A stretch of DNA of 64,000 bases from Eubacteriales bacterium (GCA_045542075.1 JAZQKI010000048.1:41036-105035), one strand, 5' to 3'; counted from the first letter of the stretch, positions 29,301 through 39,366 are shown. Notes: a model not told the origin generated them from the sequence alone. Translations and numbers: made by a program.

Positions 29301-30881
29301 CTCTCCGTTTTCGGATGCACCAATGTTACATCTGAATTCCATCCAACCCTGGTAGTTTGCACCTGCGTCAACAACTGCTATCTGCCATTCGCCATTTGTA
29401 CCGAGAACAGGCCAAGGCAATGCTTCTGCGAGTGCGGGATTATAAGTTACGAAACGGACGGTAACTGTAGGATCGGTCGTCTTGTATCTGATAACAACGT
29501 AACGTCCGCTTGCGCCGTTAGCGATGGAGTAAACCTTATCTGTACCGGAGTCAGGAGCTGTGGACGCGCCGGTGATGGTTACACAACCATTTTCTGCATC
29601 GTAAACACCTACGTTGGGGAGTGCAACCTGATTCTTCATTGTTTCAAGAAGCTCGCCTGCTGCATAGGAGTCGGGAACTGCGAGTACACCGTATGTTGCG
29701 TCGCCACACTCGTAGATACAGCCGTAAGCACCCTTAGATGTTACACCGTGAACGTGCTCGGGCATTTCCCATCTCTGGTAGCCGCAGAGGCTACAGTTGG
29801 TATCACAAGCATATGTATATGTATGCTGGTTGGGGATTACTGTCTGAGCAACTACTGCTGTACCGCAGACGGAGCACTCAGCTCCCTCGGTGTAACCAAC
29901 GGTGAAACATGTGGGAGCAACTGCGGGAAGAGTGATCAATTCGCCGTGAGCTGCGGGAATAATTACCTGTGCCTTGATAACCTGACCACAGTCCTTACAT
30001 ACGGAACCGTCGGAAAGACCAGCGGTCGTACATGTGGGATCGTAGCCGGAAACCTTCTTAGGTGTGTGCTTAGCAAGCTTTGTGGGGGTGGGCTCTACGG
30101 TAACAATACCGCAGACGGAACAATACATACCGCCCTCAGAACCTGCCTTTGTACAAGTAGCCTCAACGTCCTCCATGGGAACGTTCTTGTGACCAAGTGC
30201 GGGGATAACAGCTTCTGCGCTGAATACCTCGTTACATACTGTACAAACTGTTGCGCCCTTGTATCCGTCTTCTGTACAAGTAGGAGCAACGGAAGGAACT
30301 GTTGTCTTTACATGCTCGGTCTTGGGAATAACAGTCTGTTCCTGTACCCAAACGTCACATACAGAGCACTTCTTACCGCTTGTAAGACCTGTCTCTGCAC
30401 AAGTAGCTGCTTTTCCTTCAACTACTACTACGTCGTGACCGGTTGCAAAAATAACTTCCTGAGCTACAACAACTGCGTTACAAACGCTACAAACCTCACC
30501 GTCAGTAAGACCGGAGGTCGTACATGTTGCTGCAACACCGGCAACTGCTACACCAGTGTGTCCCTTAGCAGGGTCTACCTGCTGTTCAACTGTGATAACG
30601 CCACAAACTGTACAAATCTTACCCTCTGTAAGACCTGCCTTTGTACACGTAGGAGCTACTGCTGCAATAGTTTCCTCTACGTGAGCTGCGGGCGCTCTCT
30701 TTTCTCCACAGAGATTACAGTCTGCGTCACAAGCGTTATCATACGCATGCTCACAGCCTGCGGGAACCACGATGGGATCCGTGGGCTTCTCTGAGGACTG
30801 GGGCTCGTCATTATTGTCACATGCTACGAAAAGCACTGTGAAACAAAGAAGAAGAGCCATAAGAGCTAAAAACTTTTTCAT
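26349..30881 (-). CDS. Large modular cell-surface lipoprotein (about 1510 aa) with Cys/His repeats and duplicated beta-rich domains
   Basis: MKKFLALMALLLCFTVLFVAC lipobox; seven ~41-aa H...TC...CxxC repeats; internal duplicated modules. Confidence 0.88.
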   Translation of the reverse strand: MKKFLALMALLLCFTVLFVACDNNDEPQSSEKPTDPIVVPAGCEHAYDNACDADCNLCGEKRAPAAHVEETIAAVAPTCTKAGLTEGKICTVCGVITVEQQVDPAKGHTGVAVAGVAATCTTSGLTDGEVCSVCNAVVVAQEVIFATGHDVVVVEGKAATCAETGLTSGKKCSVCDVWVQEQTVIPKTEHVKTTVPSVAPTCTEDGYKGATVCTVCNEVFSAEAVIPALGHKNVPMEDVEATCTKAGSEGGMYCSVCGIVTVEPTPTKLAKHTPKKVSGYDPTCTTAGLSDGSVCKDCGQVIKAQVIIPAAHGELITLPAVAPTCFTVGYTEGAECSVCGTAVVAQTVIPNQHTYTYACDTNCSLCGYQRWEMPEHVHGVTSKGAYGCIYECGDATYGVLAVPDSYAAGELLETMKNQVALPNVGVYDAENGCVTITGASTAPDSGTDKVYSIANGASGRYVVIRYKTTDPTVTVRFVTYNPALAEALPWPVLGTNGEWQIAVVDAGANYQGWMEFRCNIGASENGETSFSHIATFADVAEAYVYASQLGRYVDGQCPHYEYEIGWGGSVTCKYCYEEAIPTTSHEGAQIYNAIDATSPDFDLITDNGSQGVTVTGTKIYNYGGDYSAIPAAELILKSDVNFGKYMVVVYKMDTEGAFLGVSANGGIASYAQVAQTPNKWAVCSYGATNVEPGTTLAMICNFAGASNSVGIQAIYTFDSQAAAAKYAEMLSQKCFHDETAVNELGQTVCTACGTVHGATAEWPLDLETGFVTTPAFVEGTSFWDPNAVENYYYSYYAEYDHKLVLDYHGTNIIISVNGYMMFDENYDPALSVDVKAGDIVEVQVQMQRDEMWNAITDPCFFIVDKALPGTANNPLEAVLGENTTPEFVVGTSMQNPGIQEYHYSWIAIDDGKVMISEMENIVWTVNGMFVEGYVADVKKGDVVELTVYAPMDEETWMIVTDPITFSVEFDVVHRMALNEDGSITCNKGCHNYVPETYIGAENLNWRINNFGPTLSSALTNNAVSYNEAEKYVSITGMDANGDPGMDHVIAVHAAADLGDKNFIQQYLVIRYRTDTPDASLRFVTWNKPIMVVRDDMGTNGAWKTVVVDLQEAAIAGMRIDIRCNIGANQTDFSHIVSFKTLEEANVYANQLGTIIDGTCDHNGYRTDVLVPPTCFEAGTNRLTCDFCGFTVDVPTGGGAHKYAVDGGVVSCVECGHVATVTAHAGADLFGAIDPESADFDIVTNNGADGVTITGTKVYNYGEPYTEIPAAELILKSDVDFGKYMVVIYKMDSEAAYLGVSANNGIASYREVAQAANTWVVYNYGDTGVEPGKALSLICNFAGASNSVSIQGVYTFDSQAAADRFVAYLNLKVATSHVGSDIYKNATVDSGVLTDNGSNGVKVSDATAAGAANNLFINDTVDFGKHVIVLYRINTTTGFIGSDVAEGCYVEAKEQNAGSLRMDYFLNNGEGKTLKLLCNFNAGQGTSETDVVAVYTFETFDDAVAFVTFFG

Positions 30882-30956
30882 TTTTCTCTCTTTCCTTTCT
30901 GAAAAATATTTTAATTTCGTTAAAGCATCCACTGAAATATGCCTTCACTTGTGCTA

Positions 30957-30985
30957 ATTCTACCACAAACTTGTCAAACTTGCAA
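30957..30985 (-). promoter_or_regulatory. sigmaA promoter of large lipoprotein
   Basis: TTGCAA-17bp-TAGAAT with extended TG. Confidence 0.7.
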
Positions 30986-31334
30986 TAGGAAAATGAAAGT
31001 TTCTACTTAAATGACAAAAATTTCTACATTAAAATGTATGAAATGCACAAAGCCATTCAAAAGCAGGTCCCCTCTCCCATATATTTCCTTTTTTGCGCAA
31101 GGGTTTTTGCCCTGTTCGATATGCCTCAAAAATCGACATTTTCGGGGCAGTTTGCGCACGTTTTTTTCCTGTTTTTTGCGCTTTTTTGGAAAGCGTCCCG
31201 TCCCATAGCGCCGTAACGTGTCAGCTCGGTGATCCTGCGCATCACTTATTTCCCTGTTTTTTTCGCTCAATTGTGTCATTTTTTCAATATTTGGTTGGTA
31301 ATACAATTATTTGTTTACTGAAATTTGGCAAAAA

Positions 31335-31384
31335 GAGGCGGATCGGGTGTTGCTGCTTGCAAAGCAATCACACCGACCCGTCTC
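31335..31384 (-). terminator. Long imperfect hairpin after asd
   Basis: gaggcggatcgggtgttgctgcttgcaaagcaatcacaccgacccgtctc. Confidence 0.55.
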
Positions 31385-31410
31385 CTTTATATTTCCGACA
31401 AAACGCAATA

Positions 31411-32484
31411 TCAGTCGAAGTATCCCTTCTTGTAGAGAAGCTCGGCAATAAGAACCGCTCCGCCTGCCGCACCTCTGAGGGTGTTATGGGAAAGTCCGAC
31501 GAACTTGTAATCAAAAAGGGTGTCCTCACGGAGTCTTCCCACCGTCACGCCCATTCCGCCGTAGATATCACGGTCGATATGAGCCTGGGGACGGTTGTCC
31601 TCCTCAAAATAGGTCACGAACTGTGCGGGAGCGTGAGGAAGTCCGAGAGTCTGAGGCTCACCCTCAAAGCTTCTCCAATCCTCAAGTATCTGCTCCTTTG
31701 TAGGCTTGTTTTCAAATCTTACGAACACCGCCGCCGTATGACCGTCCGTTACAGGTACACGGATGCACTGAGTGGTGATAAGGGGAGCGTCAGCCTTGAC
31801 TATCTCGCCGTTCTCCACTCTGCCCCAAACGCGAAGGGGCTCCTGCTCGGACTTTTCCTCCTCGCCGCCTATGTAGGGGATAATATTATCTATCATCTCG
31901 GGCCACTCGTTGAACGTCTTTCCCGCTCCCGAGATAGCCTGATAGGTGGTAGCCACCACTTCCTTGATTCCGTACTTGCGCAAAGGGGTGAGTGCGGGAA
32001 CGTAGGACTGTATAGAGCAGTTGGGCTTAACCGCGATAAATCCGCGCTTTGTACCAAGTCTCTTTTTCTGAGCCTCAATGACCTCAAGATGCTCAGGGTT
32101 TACTTCCGGGATAACCATAGGCACGTCGGGAGTCCAACGGTGAGCTGAGTTGTTGGACACAACGGGGATCTCCGCCTTTGCATACTTCTCCTCAAGAGCC
32201 TTTATCTCATCCTTTTTCATGTTTACCGCGCAGAAAACGAATGCGCACTGCTTCATTTCATCAATATTTTCCGCATCGACAACAACCATATTTTTATACT
32301 GCTCAGGCATAGGTGTCGCAAGCTTCCAGCGTCCGCCGAGAGCCTCCTCGTATGTCTTGCCCGCGCTGTTTTTTGAAGCCGCGAGAGCCACTACCTCAAA
32401 ATAAGGATGTCCGTCAAGAAGCGTCAAAAATCGCTGTCCGACCATACCCGTCGCGCCAACTACGCCAACCTTCATTTTTTCCAT
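31411..32484 (-). CDS. asd: Aspartate-semialdehyde dehydrogenase
   Basis: VGATGMVGQRF, KPNCS catalytic Cys, QAISGAG, SHNTLRGAAGGA. Confidence 0.96.
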   Translation of the reverse strand: MEKMKVGVVGATGMVGQRFLTLLDGHPYFEVVALAASKNSAGKTYEEALGGRWKLATPMPEQYKNMVVVDAENIDEMKQCAFVFCAVNMKKDEIKALEEKYAKAEIPVVSNNSAHRWTPDVPMVIPEVNPEHLEVIEAQKKRLGTKRGFIAVKPNCSIQSYVPALTPLRKYGIKEVVATTYQAISGAGKTFNEWPEMIDNIIPYIGGEEEKSEQEPLRVWGRVENGEIVKADAPLITTQCIRVPVTDGHTAAVFVRFENKPTKEQILEDWRSFEGEPQTLGLPHAPAQFVTYFEEDNRPQAHIDRDIYGGMGVTVGRLREDTLFDYKFVGLSHNTLRGAAGGAVLIAELLYKKGYFD

Positions 32485-32668
32485 AATAAAATACCTCGTG
32501 TTCAAAAGTGATCTGCTTACTCAAATCAGCAAATTAAAATAATAAATTGATTATAGCATATATTTGCCTTTATTTCAAGAGAAAGTTTGCTTTTTTGAGT
32601 ATCCGCTTTATATAAAATTATTCTTCACGGAACGAAAATGTTTGTATATTTTTTGAATTCACCGCAGA

Positions 32669-34174
32669 TCACTGATCAATGCCGTAAATTTCGGAATATT
32701 TTTCTTCAAGATAGTTTGTGTAATACGAAGGATCAAACTCCTCGCCGAGCGCCTCACGCAAAAGTACGTCAGGGTCCTTTGTGCAGCCGTGCCTCCAGAT
32801 ATGCTCCCTGTTCCACTCATTTATAGGAGCAAAGTTTCCTTCAGACAAGCACTTCTCAACATCTACGCTCTGCTTCATTTTGTGCAGAAGATGTGCTCCG
32901 TAAGCGCTTCCGAGCGCATAGGACGGGAAATAGCCTATGCCGCCGCCCGACCAATGGCTGTCCTGAAGCACGCCGTGCTTGTCGTCGGGCACGTCAACAC
33001 CGAGATATTCCTTGTAAAGACGGTTCCACTCGCAAGGCAGATCCTTCACGGCAAGCTCGCCGCTCACAACTCTCTTTTCAAGCTCGTAGCGTATCATTAC
33101 GTGCAAGCAGTACGTAACCTCGTCCGCCTCGGTACGAATGAGCGAGGGTGTGACGAGATTTACGGCACGGTACATATCCTCCGCCGTGTAGCCCTCAAGC
33201 TGCGGGAAGCATTCCTGAACCTTTGGGAATATGTAATTTACAAACTCGCGGCTTCTGCCGAGCAGATTTTCATAAAAACGGCTCTGGCTCTCGTGGATGC
33301 CCATTGATACACCGCCGTCAAGGAAGGTGTACGCGAGCTCGTCCGCCGAATTCATATCGTAAAGCGCGTGTCCGCCCTCGTGGATAACGCTGAACATGGA
33401 ATACGAGAGATTTTCTCTATCGTAATTAGTGGTGATGCGCACGTCGTGATGCGAGCCGATGCTGGTCGTGAAGGGGTGCTCCGTCGTTCCAAGCCCGCAG
33501 TGATCAAGGTCAATGCCCATCGTCTGCATAAGAATATATGAGAATTTCTCCTGTGACGCCTCGTCAAAATCACCCTTGATGCATGCGTCGCTCACCTGCT
33601 GCTTTTGGGATATTTTCTTTATAAGAGGAACTATTTTTGCTTTGAGAGTCGCGAAAAACTCGTCGCATTTTTCCATTGTAAGTCCGCGCTCGTACTGATT
33701 AAGGCAGTAGTTATAGGGGTGCTTTTCGGGTGCGCAGTATTTAGCAAAGCGCACGGTTGTTTCAAAGATCTTTTCAAGCACGGGGCGGAAAAGCTCAAAA
33801 TCGCTATTTTCCTTTGCTCTGTGCCATACGTCGTCCGCCTCGACCATAAGCTCCTGGTACGCTACGTACTCATCCATGGGAATAAGCTTCATTTCCTTTA
33901 TATCCTTGAGCGCAAGGTAGACCGCGCGGGCATCACGCTCGCAAAGCTCGTCCTTGTGCGCGTCAAGATATTCCAGCAGTGATACAGTCTCCTCGCAGGT
34001 AGACATCCTGTAGGTCTCCTCGCTGAGGACCGCGAGTGCGTGCGCTCTGTTCTGCGCAGTTCCCTTGGGGGCAGTGGTCGCGCCGTCATAATATATCAGC
34101 GACATCGCGTGATTGTATGCGCTCAGCTTTGACTGAAGCGAGTAAAAGCTCTCAATTGCCTGTTGTACGTTCAT
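32669..34174 (-). CDS. Carboxypeptidase Taq-like (peptidase M32)
   Basis: HPFT, HEGGHALY, HESQSRFYEN, IRTEADEVTY, GVLQDSHWSGGGIGYFPSYALG. Confidence 0.95.
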   Translation of the reverse strand: MNVQQAIESFYSLQSKLSAYNHAMSLIYYDGATTAPKGTAQNRAHALAVLSEETYRMSTCEETVSLLEYLDAHKDELCERDARAVYLALKDIKEMKLIPMDEYVAYQELMVEADDVWHRAKENSDFELFRPVLEKIFETTVRFAKYCAPEKHPYNYCLNQYERGLTMEKCDEFFATLKAKIVPLIKKISQKQQVSDACIKGDFDEASQEKFSYILMQTMGIDLDHCGLGTTEHPFTTSIGSHHDVRITTNYDRENLSYSMFSVIHEGGHALYDMNSADELAYTFLDGGVSMGIHESQSRFYENLLGRSREFVNYIFPKVQECFPQLEGYTAEDMYRAVNLVTPSLIRTEADEVTYCLHVMIRYELEKRVVSGELAVKDLPCEWNRLYKEYLGVDVPDDKHGVLQDSHWSGGGIGYFPSYALGSAYGAHLLHKMKQSVDVEKCLSEGNFAPINEWNREHIWRHGCTKDPDVLLREALGEEFDPSYYTNYLEEKYSEIYGIDQ

Positions 34175-34398
34175 TTTTATTTCCTCCGAAAATTGAATAT
34201 TAAGACAATTATAGCACAGCTTTGCATGTTTGTAAATACATTTCAAGCGTGTAAATGGCAAAATATCCATACATTTTTTACACTGCGCTCAAAAAGTATC
34301 AATTTCCGAAATCGGAATTTTGAAGTTACTCCTTCAAATTTGTCAATTCTTTGAAAATGCTAAAATTCCGAATTAAGAAAAATATTTTTCAAAACCTA

Positions 34399-34427
34399 TT
34401 GACAAACGTCTGCCTTTGGTGTATAAT
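34399..34427 (+). promoter_or_regulatory. recA promoter
   Basis: TTGACA-17bp-TATAAT. Confidence 0.85.
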
Positions 34428-34500
34428 TATTCCACAAGAGAAAAACGGATCCGAGAAAAATCCGAAAATATGTAATTTCAATATGAAAGTGAGATATGTT

Positions 34501-35613
34501 ATGGCACAGGCAAAGAAAGCTCCCGCAAAGGTAGTTGACGTACAAAATAAGGAAGATAAGAAAAAAGCTCTCAGCACGATGATCTCCCAGATAGAGAGAG
34601 AATACGGCGCAGGCTCGATCATGCGCTTGGGCGAAAACACAAGAATGGAGGTCCAGGCAGTATCCACAGGCTCGCTGTCCCTCGATATGGCACTGGGCAT
34701 CGGCGGTGTTCCCCGCGGAAGAATTATAGAAATTTTTGGCCCTGAGTCCTCAGGTAAAACAACCGTTGCGCTTCACATCATCGCAGAGGTTCAGAAGGCA
34801 GGCGGCGAGGCGGCGTTTATCGACGCGGAGCACGCGCTTGATCCAATTTACGCAAAGGCGCTTGGCGTTGATATAAACAATCTGCTCGTATCCCAGCCCG
34901 ACTGCGGAGAGGATGCTCTCTCCATTACCGAATCCTTGGTTCGCTCGGGAGCTATCGACGTAGTCGTTGTTGACTCTGTTGCCGCTCTCGTTCCCAGAAC
35001 CGAGATCGACGGCGATATGGGCGCGCCTACAGTGGGTGTTCAGGCAAGACTTATGTCCCAGGCTATGCGTAAGCTTGCGGCAGTCATCTCAAAGAGCAAC
35101 TGTGTAGTTGTGTTCATCAACCAGCTTCGTGAAAAGGTAGGCGTTATCTACGGAAACCCCGAGACTACAACGGGCGGCCGCGCGCTCAAGTTCTATGCGT
35201 CCGTGCGTATAGATATAAGAAAGACCGAGCAGCTCAAGAACGGCTCGGATATTTACGGAAACCGAGTTAAGTGCAAGATCGTTAAGAACAAGGTCGCTCC
35301 TCCCTTCAAGGTCGCCGAGTTTGATATTCTCTACGGCAAGGGCATATCCCGTATGAGCGAGGTGCTTGACTTCGCGATCATGCTGGATATTATCAAAAAG
35401 AGCGGCTCGTGGTTCTCCTATAACGGCGAAAAGATTGGTCAGGGCAAGGAAAACGTCAAGAGATTCCTTGAGGAAAATCCCGAGCTTGCGGCGGATATTG
35501 AATCCAAGATCCGCGCTCTCAAGGACAGCTCCGACATCATCGAGGAGGAATTCGAGGTGGACTCCGACGATGACGATTTTGATATAAGAGTTCTTGAGGG
35601 AGACGATGAGTAA
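34501..35613 (+). CDS. recA: Recombinase RecA
   Basis: [41 protein letters not shown]; start at ATG 34501. Confidence 0.98.
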   Translation: MAQAKKAPAKVVDVQNKEDKKKALSTMISQIEREYGAGSIMRLGENTRMEVQAVSTGSLSLDMALGIGGVPRGRIIEIFGPESSGKTTVALHIIAEVQKAGGEAAFIDAEHALDPIYAKALGVDINNLLVSQPDCGEDALSITESLVRSGAIDVVVVDSVAALVPRTEIDGDMGAPTVGVQARLMSQAMRKLAAVISKSNCVVVFINQLREKVGVIYGNPETTTGGRALKFYASVRIDIRKTEQLKNGSDIYGNRVKCKIVKNKVAPPFKVAEFDILYGKGISRMSEVLDFAIMLDIIKKSGSWFSYNGEKIGQGKENVKRFLEENPELAADIESKIRALKDSSDIIEEEFEVDSDDDDFDIRVLEGDDE

Positions 35614-36280
35614 TATCATATCTCCGCTCGCCGAAATAGACCTTCTCTCCTCGGAAAACTGTATATACGTTATAGTCAAGCGTCACGATGAGAACGGCAA
35701 GATCCGCAAAACGCAGTATCCCATGCTGTGCAAGTACGTAAGCGAGCTTCAGCTCTCGCGCGGCTTTGCCGACGAGGAGCTGATAGAAAAAATTTCGGAA
35801 TACTCCGAGATATCCTGCGCGTATTTTAAGGGCTGCAGACTCCTTGGGTATTCTGCCTGCTCCGTAAGCGGTCTTATCCGCAAGCTTCGTGAAAAGGGAT
35901 TCTCTGCAGAGGCATCGCATGTTGCTGTAAACATGATATGTGAAATGGGGCTTATTGACGAGAATTCCTTCGCTACCCGCGAGGCAGAGCTTTGTCTTGA
36001 CAAATATTGGGGCGAAAGACGAATCATCGCAAGACTTCGTCAAAAAGGATTTGGCGCGCAAGCGATAGAATCCGTCCGGGATTTCCTTCTCTTTTATGAC
36101 TTTGACAAGCGTTGTCTGCATATTGCGAAAAAGAAATTTGGCAAAAAACCCCTGCCGCGCGAGGAATTTTCCCGAGCCTACGGCTCACTCGCAAGACTTG
36201 GGTATAGCGGTTCGCAGATAAATTATGCGTTGAAGGTGCTTTCAGGCGGCGACTACGACGAGTTCGCGGACGATATATAA
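35606..36280 (+). CDS. recX: Regulatory protein RecX
   Basis: Overlaps recA stop; [39 protein letters not shown]. Confidence 0.8.
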   Translation: MSNIISPLAEIDLLSSENCIYVIVKRHDENGKIRKTQYPMLCKYVSELQLSRGFADEELIEKISEYSEISCAYFKGCRLLGYSACSVSGLIRKLREKGFSAEASHVAVNMICEMGLIDENSFATREAELCLDKYWGERRIIARLRQKGFGAQAIESVRDFLLFYDFDKRCLHIAKKKFGKKPLPREEFSRAYGSLARLGYSGSQINYALKVLSGGDYDEFADDI

Positions 36281-36324
36281 AACAAGGTTTGACAAAGCTT
36301 TTTAGGGTTGCTTGCATCAGGATA

Positions 36325-36486
36325 AGGGGAAACCTCACTTGTGGTTTCCCCTCGCTTTGAGCTACGTCAAAGCTTCACCCTTTCGGGCGCTTTGAACGAT
36401 AAGAAATTTCGCCGTCTGCGGACGGCGACCAAGGCTCCGCCTTTGGAAACCGCAAGCCTTTGAAAAGGCTTGAGCAAAACTTTCAA
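36325..36486. repeat. Structured intergenic repeat, family 2, copy B
   Basis: Homologous to 18757-18950 with compensatory stem changes. Confidence 0.65.
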
Positions 36487-36513
36487 AAAGGGTTGAGTAA
36501 GATTTATGAATAC

Positions 36514-36546
36514 AAAAGGCAGTCGCTGTGCGACTGCCTTGTTTTT
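36514..36546. terminator. Terminator after asnS
   Basis: aaggcagtcgc-tgt-gcgactgcctt. Confidence 0.8.
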
Positions 36547-36549
36547 ATC

Positions 36550-37944
36550 TTAATATTCTGCGTTTCCAACCGTTCTGGGATAAGGAAGCACGTCGCGGAT
36601 GTTTGAAACACCCGTAAGGTACATAATAATACGCTCAAATCCAAGTCCCAAGCCTGCGTGCTTTGTTCCGCCGTACTTACGGAGGTTGACGTACCACCAG
36701 TAGTCCTCTTCCTTAAGACCGCACTCTCCCATTCTCTCAAGAAGAACGTCAAGTCTTTCCTCTCTCTGCGAGCCGCCGATTATCTCACCAACGCCGGGCA
36801 CGAGCAAGTCCATAGCCGCAACGGTTTTGTTGTCATCGTTCAGTCTCATATAGAACGCCTTTATCTCCTTGGGGTAGTCCGTGAGGAATATAGGCTTCTT
36901 ATATACCTGCTCAGTGAGGTATCTTTCATGCTCAGTCTGGAGATCTACGCCCCAATATACAGGGAACTTAAAGTCTGCCTTGGATTTTTCAAGGATCTCA
37001 ATAGCCTCAGTGTAGGTAACCTTTGCGTAGTCAGCATCGCGGAGTGCTGTAAGACGCGCCATAAGTCCCTTATCAACAAAGCTGTTGAAGAATTCAAGCT
37101 CTGCCTTACAGTTATCCATAACGTGATTGATGATATGCTTTATCATATCCCACGCGAGCTCCATATCATCGTTGAGATCCGCAAACGCGATCTCAGGCTC
37201 TATCATCCAGAACTCTGCCGCATGGCGCGCGGTATTGGAGTTCTCCGCTCTGAAGGTAGGGCCAAAGGTATAAATGTTTCCGAAAGCCATAGCGTACGTC
37301 TCGCCCTCAAGCTGACCCGAAACCGTAAGGTTTGCTGACTTTCCGAAAAAGTCCTGCGAATAATCTACCTGTCCGTCCTCGGTTTTAGGGAGGTTGTCAA
37401 GGTCAAGAGTAGTAACTCTGAACATCTCGCCCGCGCCCTCTGCGTCAGAGCCCGTGATAATGGGTGTGTGAACGTAAACAAAGCCTCGCTGATTGAAGAA
37501 GGAGTGGATAGCGTACGCAACCTCACTTCTCACTCTGAAAACTGCCGAGAAAAGATTTGTTCTGGGGCGGAGATACGCCTGCTCGCGCAAAAATTCAACC
37601 GAGTGGCGCTTGGGCTGAAGAGGATAATCGGGGGTGCTGGTACCCTCGATTTCAACTCTCGTTGCCTTAAGCTCAAAGGGCTGCTTTGCGCCGGGGGTCA
37701 GTGTAAGAACACCCGTTACGACAAGCGCTGCGCCGACGTTCTGGGACGCTATCTCGTCGTAATTATCAACCTTTTCTCTCTCAAAAACGACCTGGACGCT
37801 CTTGAAATACGAGCCGTCGTTAAGATCTATAAATCCAAAAGCCTTGCTGTCACGGAGGTTTCTCACCCAACCGCCGACAGTTATTTCCTTGCCACCAAAC
37901 GCTTCCTTGTCAGCGTAGACGTCTTTAATAAGAGTTCTTTTCAT
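36550..37944 (-). CDS. asnS: Asparagine--tRNA ligase
   Basis: OB fold [51 protein letters not shown]. Confidence 0.97.
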   Translation of the reverse strand: MKRTLIKDVYADKEAFGGKEITVGGWVRNLRDSKAFGFIDLNDGSYFKSVQVVFEREKVDNYDEIASQNVGAALVVTGVLTLTPGAKQPFELKATRVEIEGTSTPDYPLQPKRHSVEFLREQAYLRPRTNLFSAVFRVRSEVAYAIHSFFNQRGFVYVHTPIITGSDAEGAGEMFRVTTLDLDNLPKTEDGQVDYSQDFFGKSANLTVSGQLEGETYAMAFGNIYTFGPTFRAENSNTARHAAEFWMIEPEIAFADLNDDMELAWDMIKHIINHVMDNCKAELEFFNSFVDKGLMARLTALRDADYAKVTYTEAIEILEKSKADFKFPVYWGVDLQTEHERYLTEQVYKKPIFLTDYPKEIKAFYMRLNDDNKTVAAMDLLVPGVGEIIGGSQREERLDVLLERMGECGLKEEDYWWYVNLRKYGGTKHAGLGLGFERIIMYLTGVSNIRDVLPYPRTVGNAEY

Positions 37945-38148
37945 AGTAAAATTCCTTTGAAATCAATTTAATATCATTATTATACAACGGTTTATTAAAA
38001 AAATCAAGAGATTTTTTGAACTTATCATCAAAAGCGCAAAAAATAAATCAAATTATTCAAAATACACTTGAAAAACCCTCGCAGGCGTGGTAAAATATAA
38101 GGTGAAGTGGTATTTTGCACCACATTAAATTATAGGCGGTATTGTTTT

Positions 38149-38958
38149 ATGGATTACAAAGAGCTTGATAACATACTTTCTGACGCGGTAAATGACGCCG
38201 AGCTGTGCTGCGACGACATCCCGCCCATATCGCTATACCTTGATCAGATAGTGCATCTCATTTCGGACAAGTCCCACGAGGGCGCAGAGAGATTTTACAA
38301 TCGAACCCTCACAAAAACCATGGTAAACAACTATTCCAAGGCGGGGCTCATCTCCCCCATTTCCGGAAAGAAATATACCAAAGAGCAGATTGTCCAGATG
38401 CTTATGATCAATTCACTAAAGAACACCTACTCCATTTCCGAAATAAAGGGCGCTATGGATGCGTTCTATTCCGTCGAAGATGCAGACAGCAAAACTCTGA
38501 TGCAGACGTATGACAAATACATTGAAATGCGCCGCAAGTCCAAGGTCACCTGTCCCGAGGCGGTAAAGGAAATGATCGAACTGAATGGATTTGACATTGA
38601 AAACGAAATTGATTATTTTTCCGCAATTCTCGGCGTTGCCGCAATGGCAGACTATTACAGCTGTATCGCCCACGCGATGCTCGAGGCTATAGCCCCTCAG
38701 CATAGCGAGGATCCCGAGGCAGTCAAAAAAGAAAGCGAGCGCGAGATCAAAATGGGCGTCAAGGCGGTCAAAAAAGAGGTCAAGCGCGATGCCAAGGCTC
38801 AAAAGAAGGCGGAAAAATCCGCCAAGCACGAGGATGCTGCAAAGCCAAAGGGCGCAGCACACCCATTGACCGACGCAAGCATCGAGGACGAGCTGTCGGC
38901 TTTTGAAAAGGAGCTTGACCGCGCGCTTGAGGACAAGATGTCCTCCGAGGAGGCTTAA
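38149..38958 (+). CDS. DUF1836 family protein (probable HTH regulator) with Lys/Ala-rich tail
   Basis: IPPISLYLDQIV, LTKTMVNNYSKAGLI, KKYTKEQI. Confidence 0.8.
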   Translation: MDYKELDNILSDAVNDAELCCDDIPPISLYLDQIVHLISDKSHEGAERFYNRTLTKTMVNNYSKAGLISPISGKKYTKEQIVQMLMINSLKNTYSISEIKGAMDAFYSVEDADSKTLMQTYDKYIEMRRKSKVTCPEAVKEMIELNGFDIENEIDYFSAILGVAAMADYYSCIAHAMLEAIAPQHSEDPEAVKKESEREIKMGVKAVKKEVKRDAKAQKKAEKSAKHEDAAKPKGAAHPLTDASIEDELSAFEKELDRALEDKMSSEEA

Positions 38959-38960
38959 CA

Positions 38961-39353
38961 GTGGCGCAGAATATAAGAGAATTATCCACCGAGGCTTTGG
39001 CGTATCTCGGTGACTCCGTAATAGAGCTGAAGGTCAGAAAGCTCCTTGTAGATCAAGGAATTTCTCATTCCGGAGCACTTAACAAGGAATCCCAGAAATT
39101 TGTAAAAGCAGGCGCGCAGGCGCAGGCTATGCAAAAAATTCTTCCCTTGCTTGAGCCCGAGGAGGAATCCTTTTTCAAGCGAGGAAGAAACATGTCGGGC
39201 GGAAACGTCCCCAAAAGCGCAAGCACTGCGGAATACAGAGCCGCAACAGGCATGGAGGTGCTTTTCGGCTACCTGTACTTTTGCGAAAAATATGAGCGAG
39301 TAGATGAGCTTTTTTCCAAGGCTTACTCTTTGAACAACACAGAAGATAAATGA
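38961..39353 (+). CDS. mrnC: Mini-ribonuclease III
   Basis: LAYLGDSVIEL, KRGRN, EYRAATGMEVLFGYLY; no dsRBD. Confidence 0.9.
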   Translation: MAQNIRELSTEALAYLGDSVIELKVRKLLVDQGISHSGALNKESQKFVKAGAQAQAMQKILPLLEPEEESFFKRGRNMSGGNVPKSASTAEYRAATGMEVLFGYLYFCEKYERVDELFSKAYSLNNTEDK

Positions 39354-39366
39354 AAGGACACTAAAA

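Noticed and set aside
26277-30794. 1505-aa antisense ORF overlapping the large lipoprotein
   Set aside because: It is in exact codon-to-codon antisense register (72-bp offset). It stays open because the sense gene avoids TTA, CTA and TCA codons. It has no RBS or motif and a Cys/Val/Ser-rich shadow composition.
31011-31208. 65-aa ORF with a CxxC motif
   Set aside because: No RBS, low-complexity Phe-rich translation of T-tracts; probably spurious.
31080-31250. Possible c-di-GMP riboswitch upstream of the surface protein
   Set aside because: Only fragments (GCAAAC, GAAA) match, the second stem is absent, and the region lies upstream of the predicted promoter.
34351-34500. N-terminal extensions in the ORF track (recA from 34351; similar cases for M32, asd, gpsA, DUF1836 and the orphan at 11324)
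   Set aside because: The extensions overlap promoters and lack RBS or homology; downstream starts with good RBS were used instead.
37945-38010. T-box leader upstream of asnS
   Set aside because: A TTGATT-17-TATAAT promoter lies only about 35 bp from the start codon, leaving no room for a T-box, and no T-box motif was seen.
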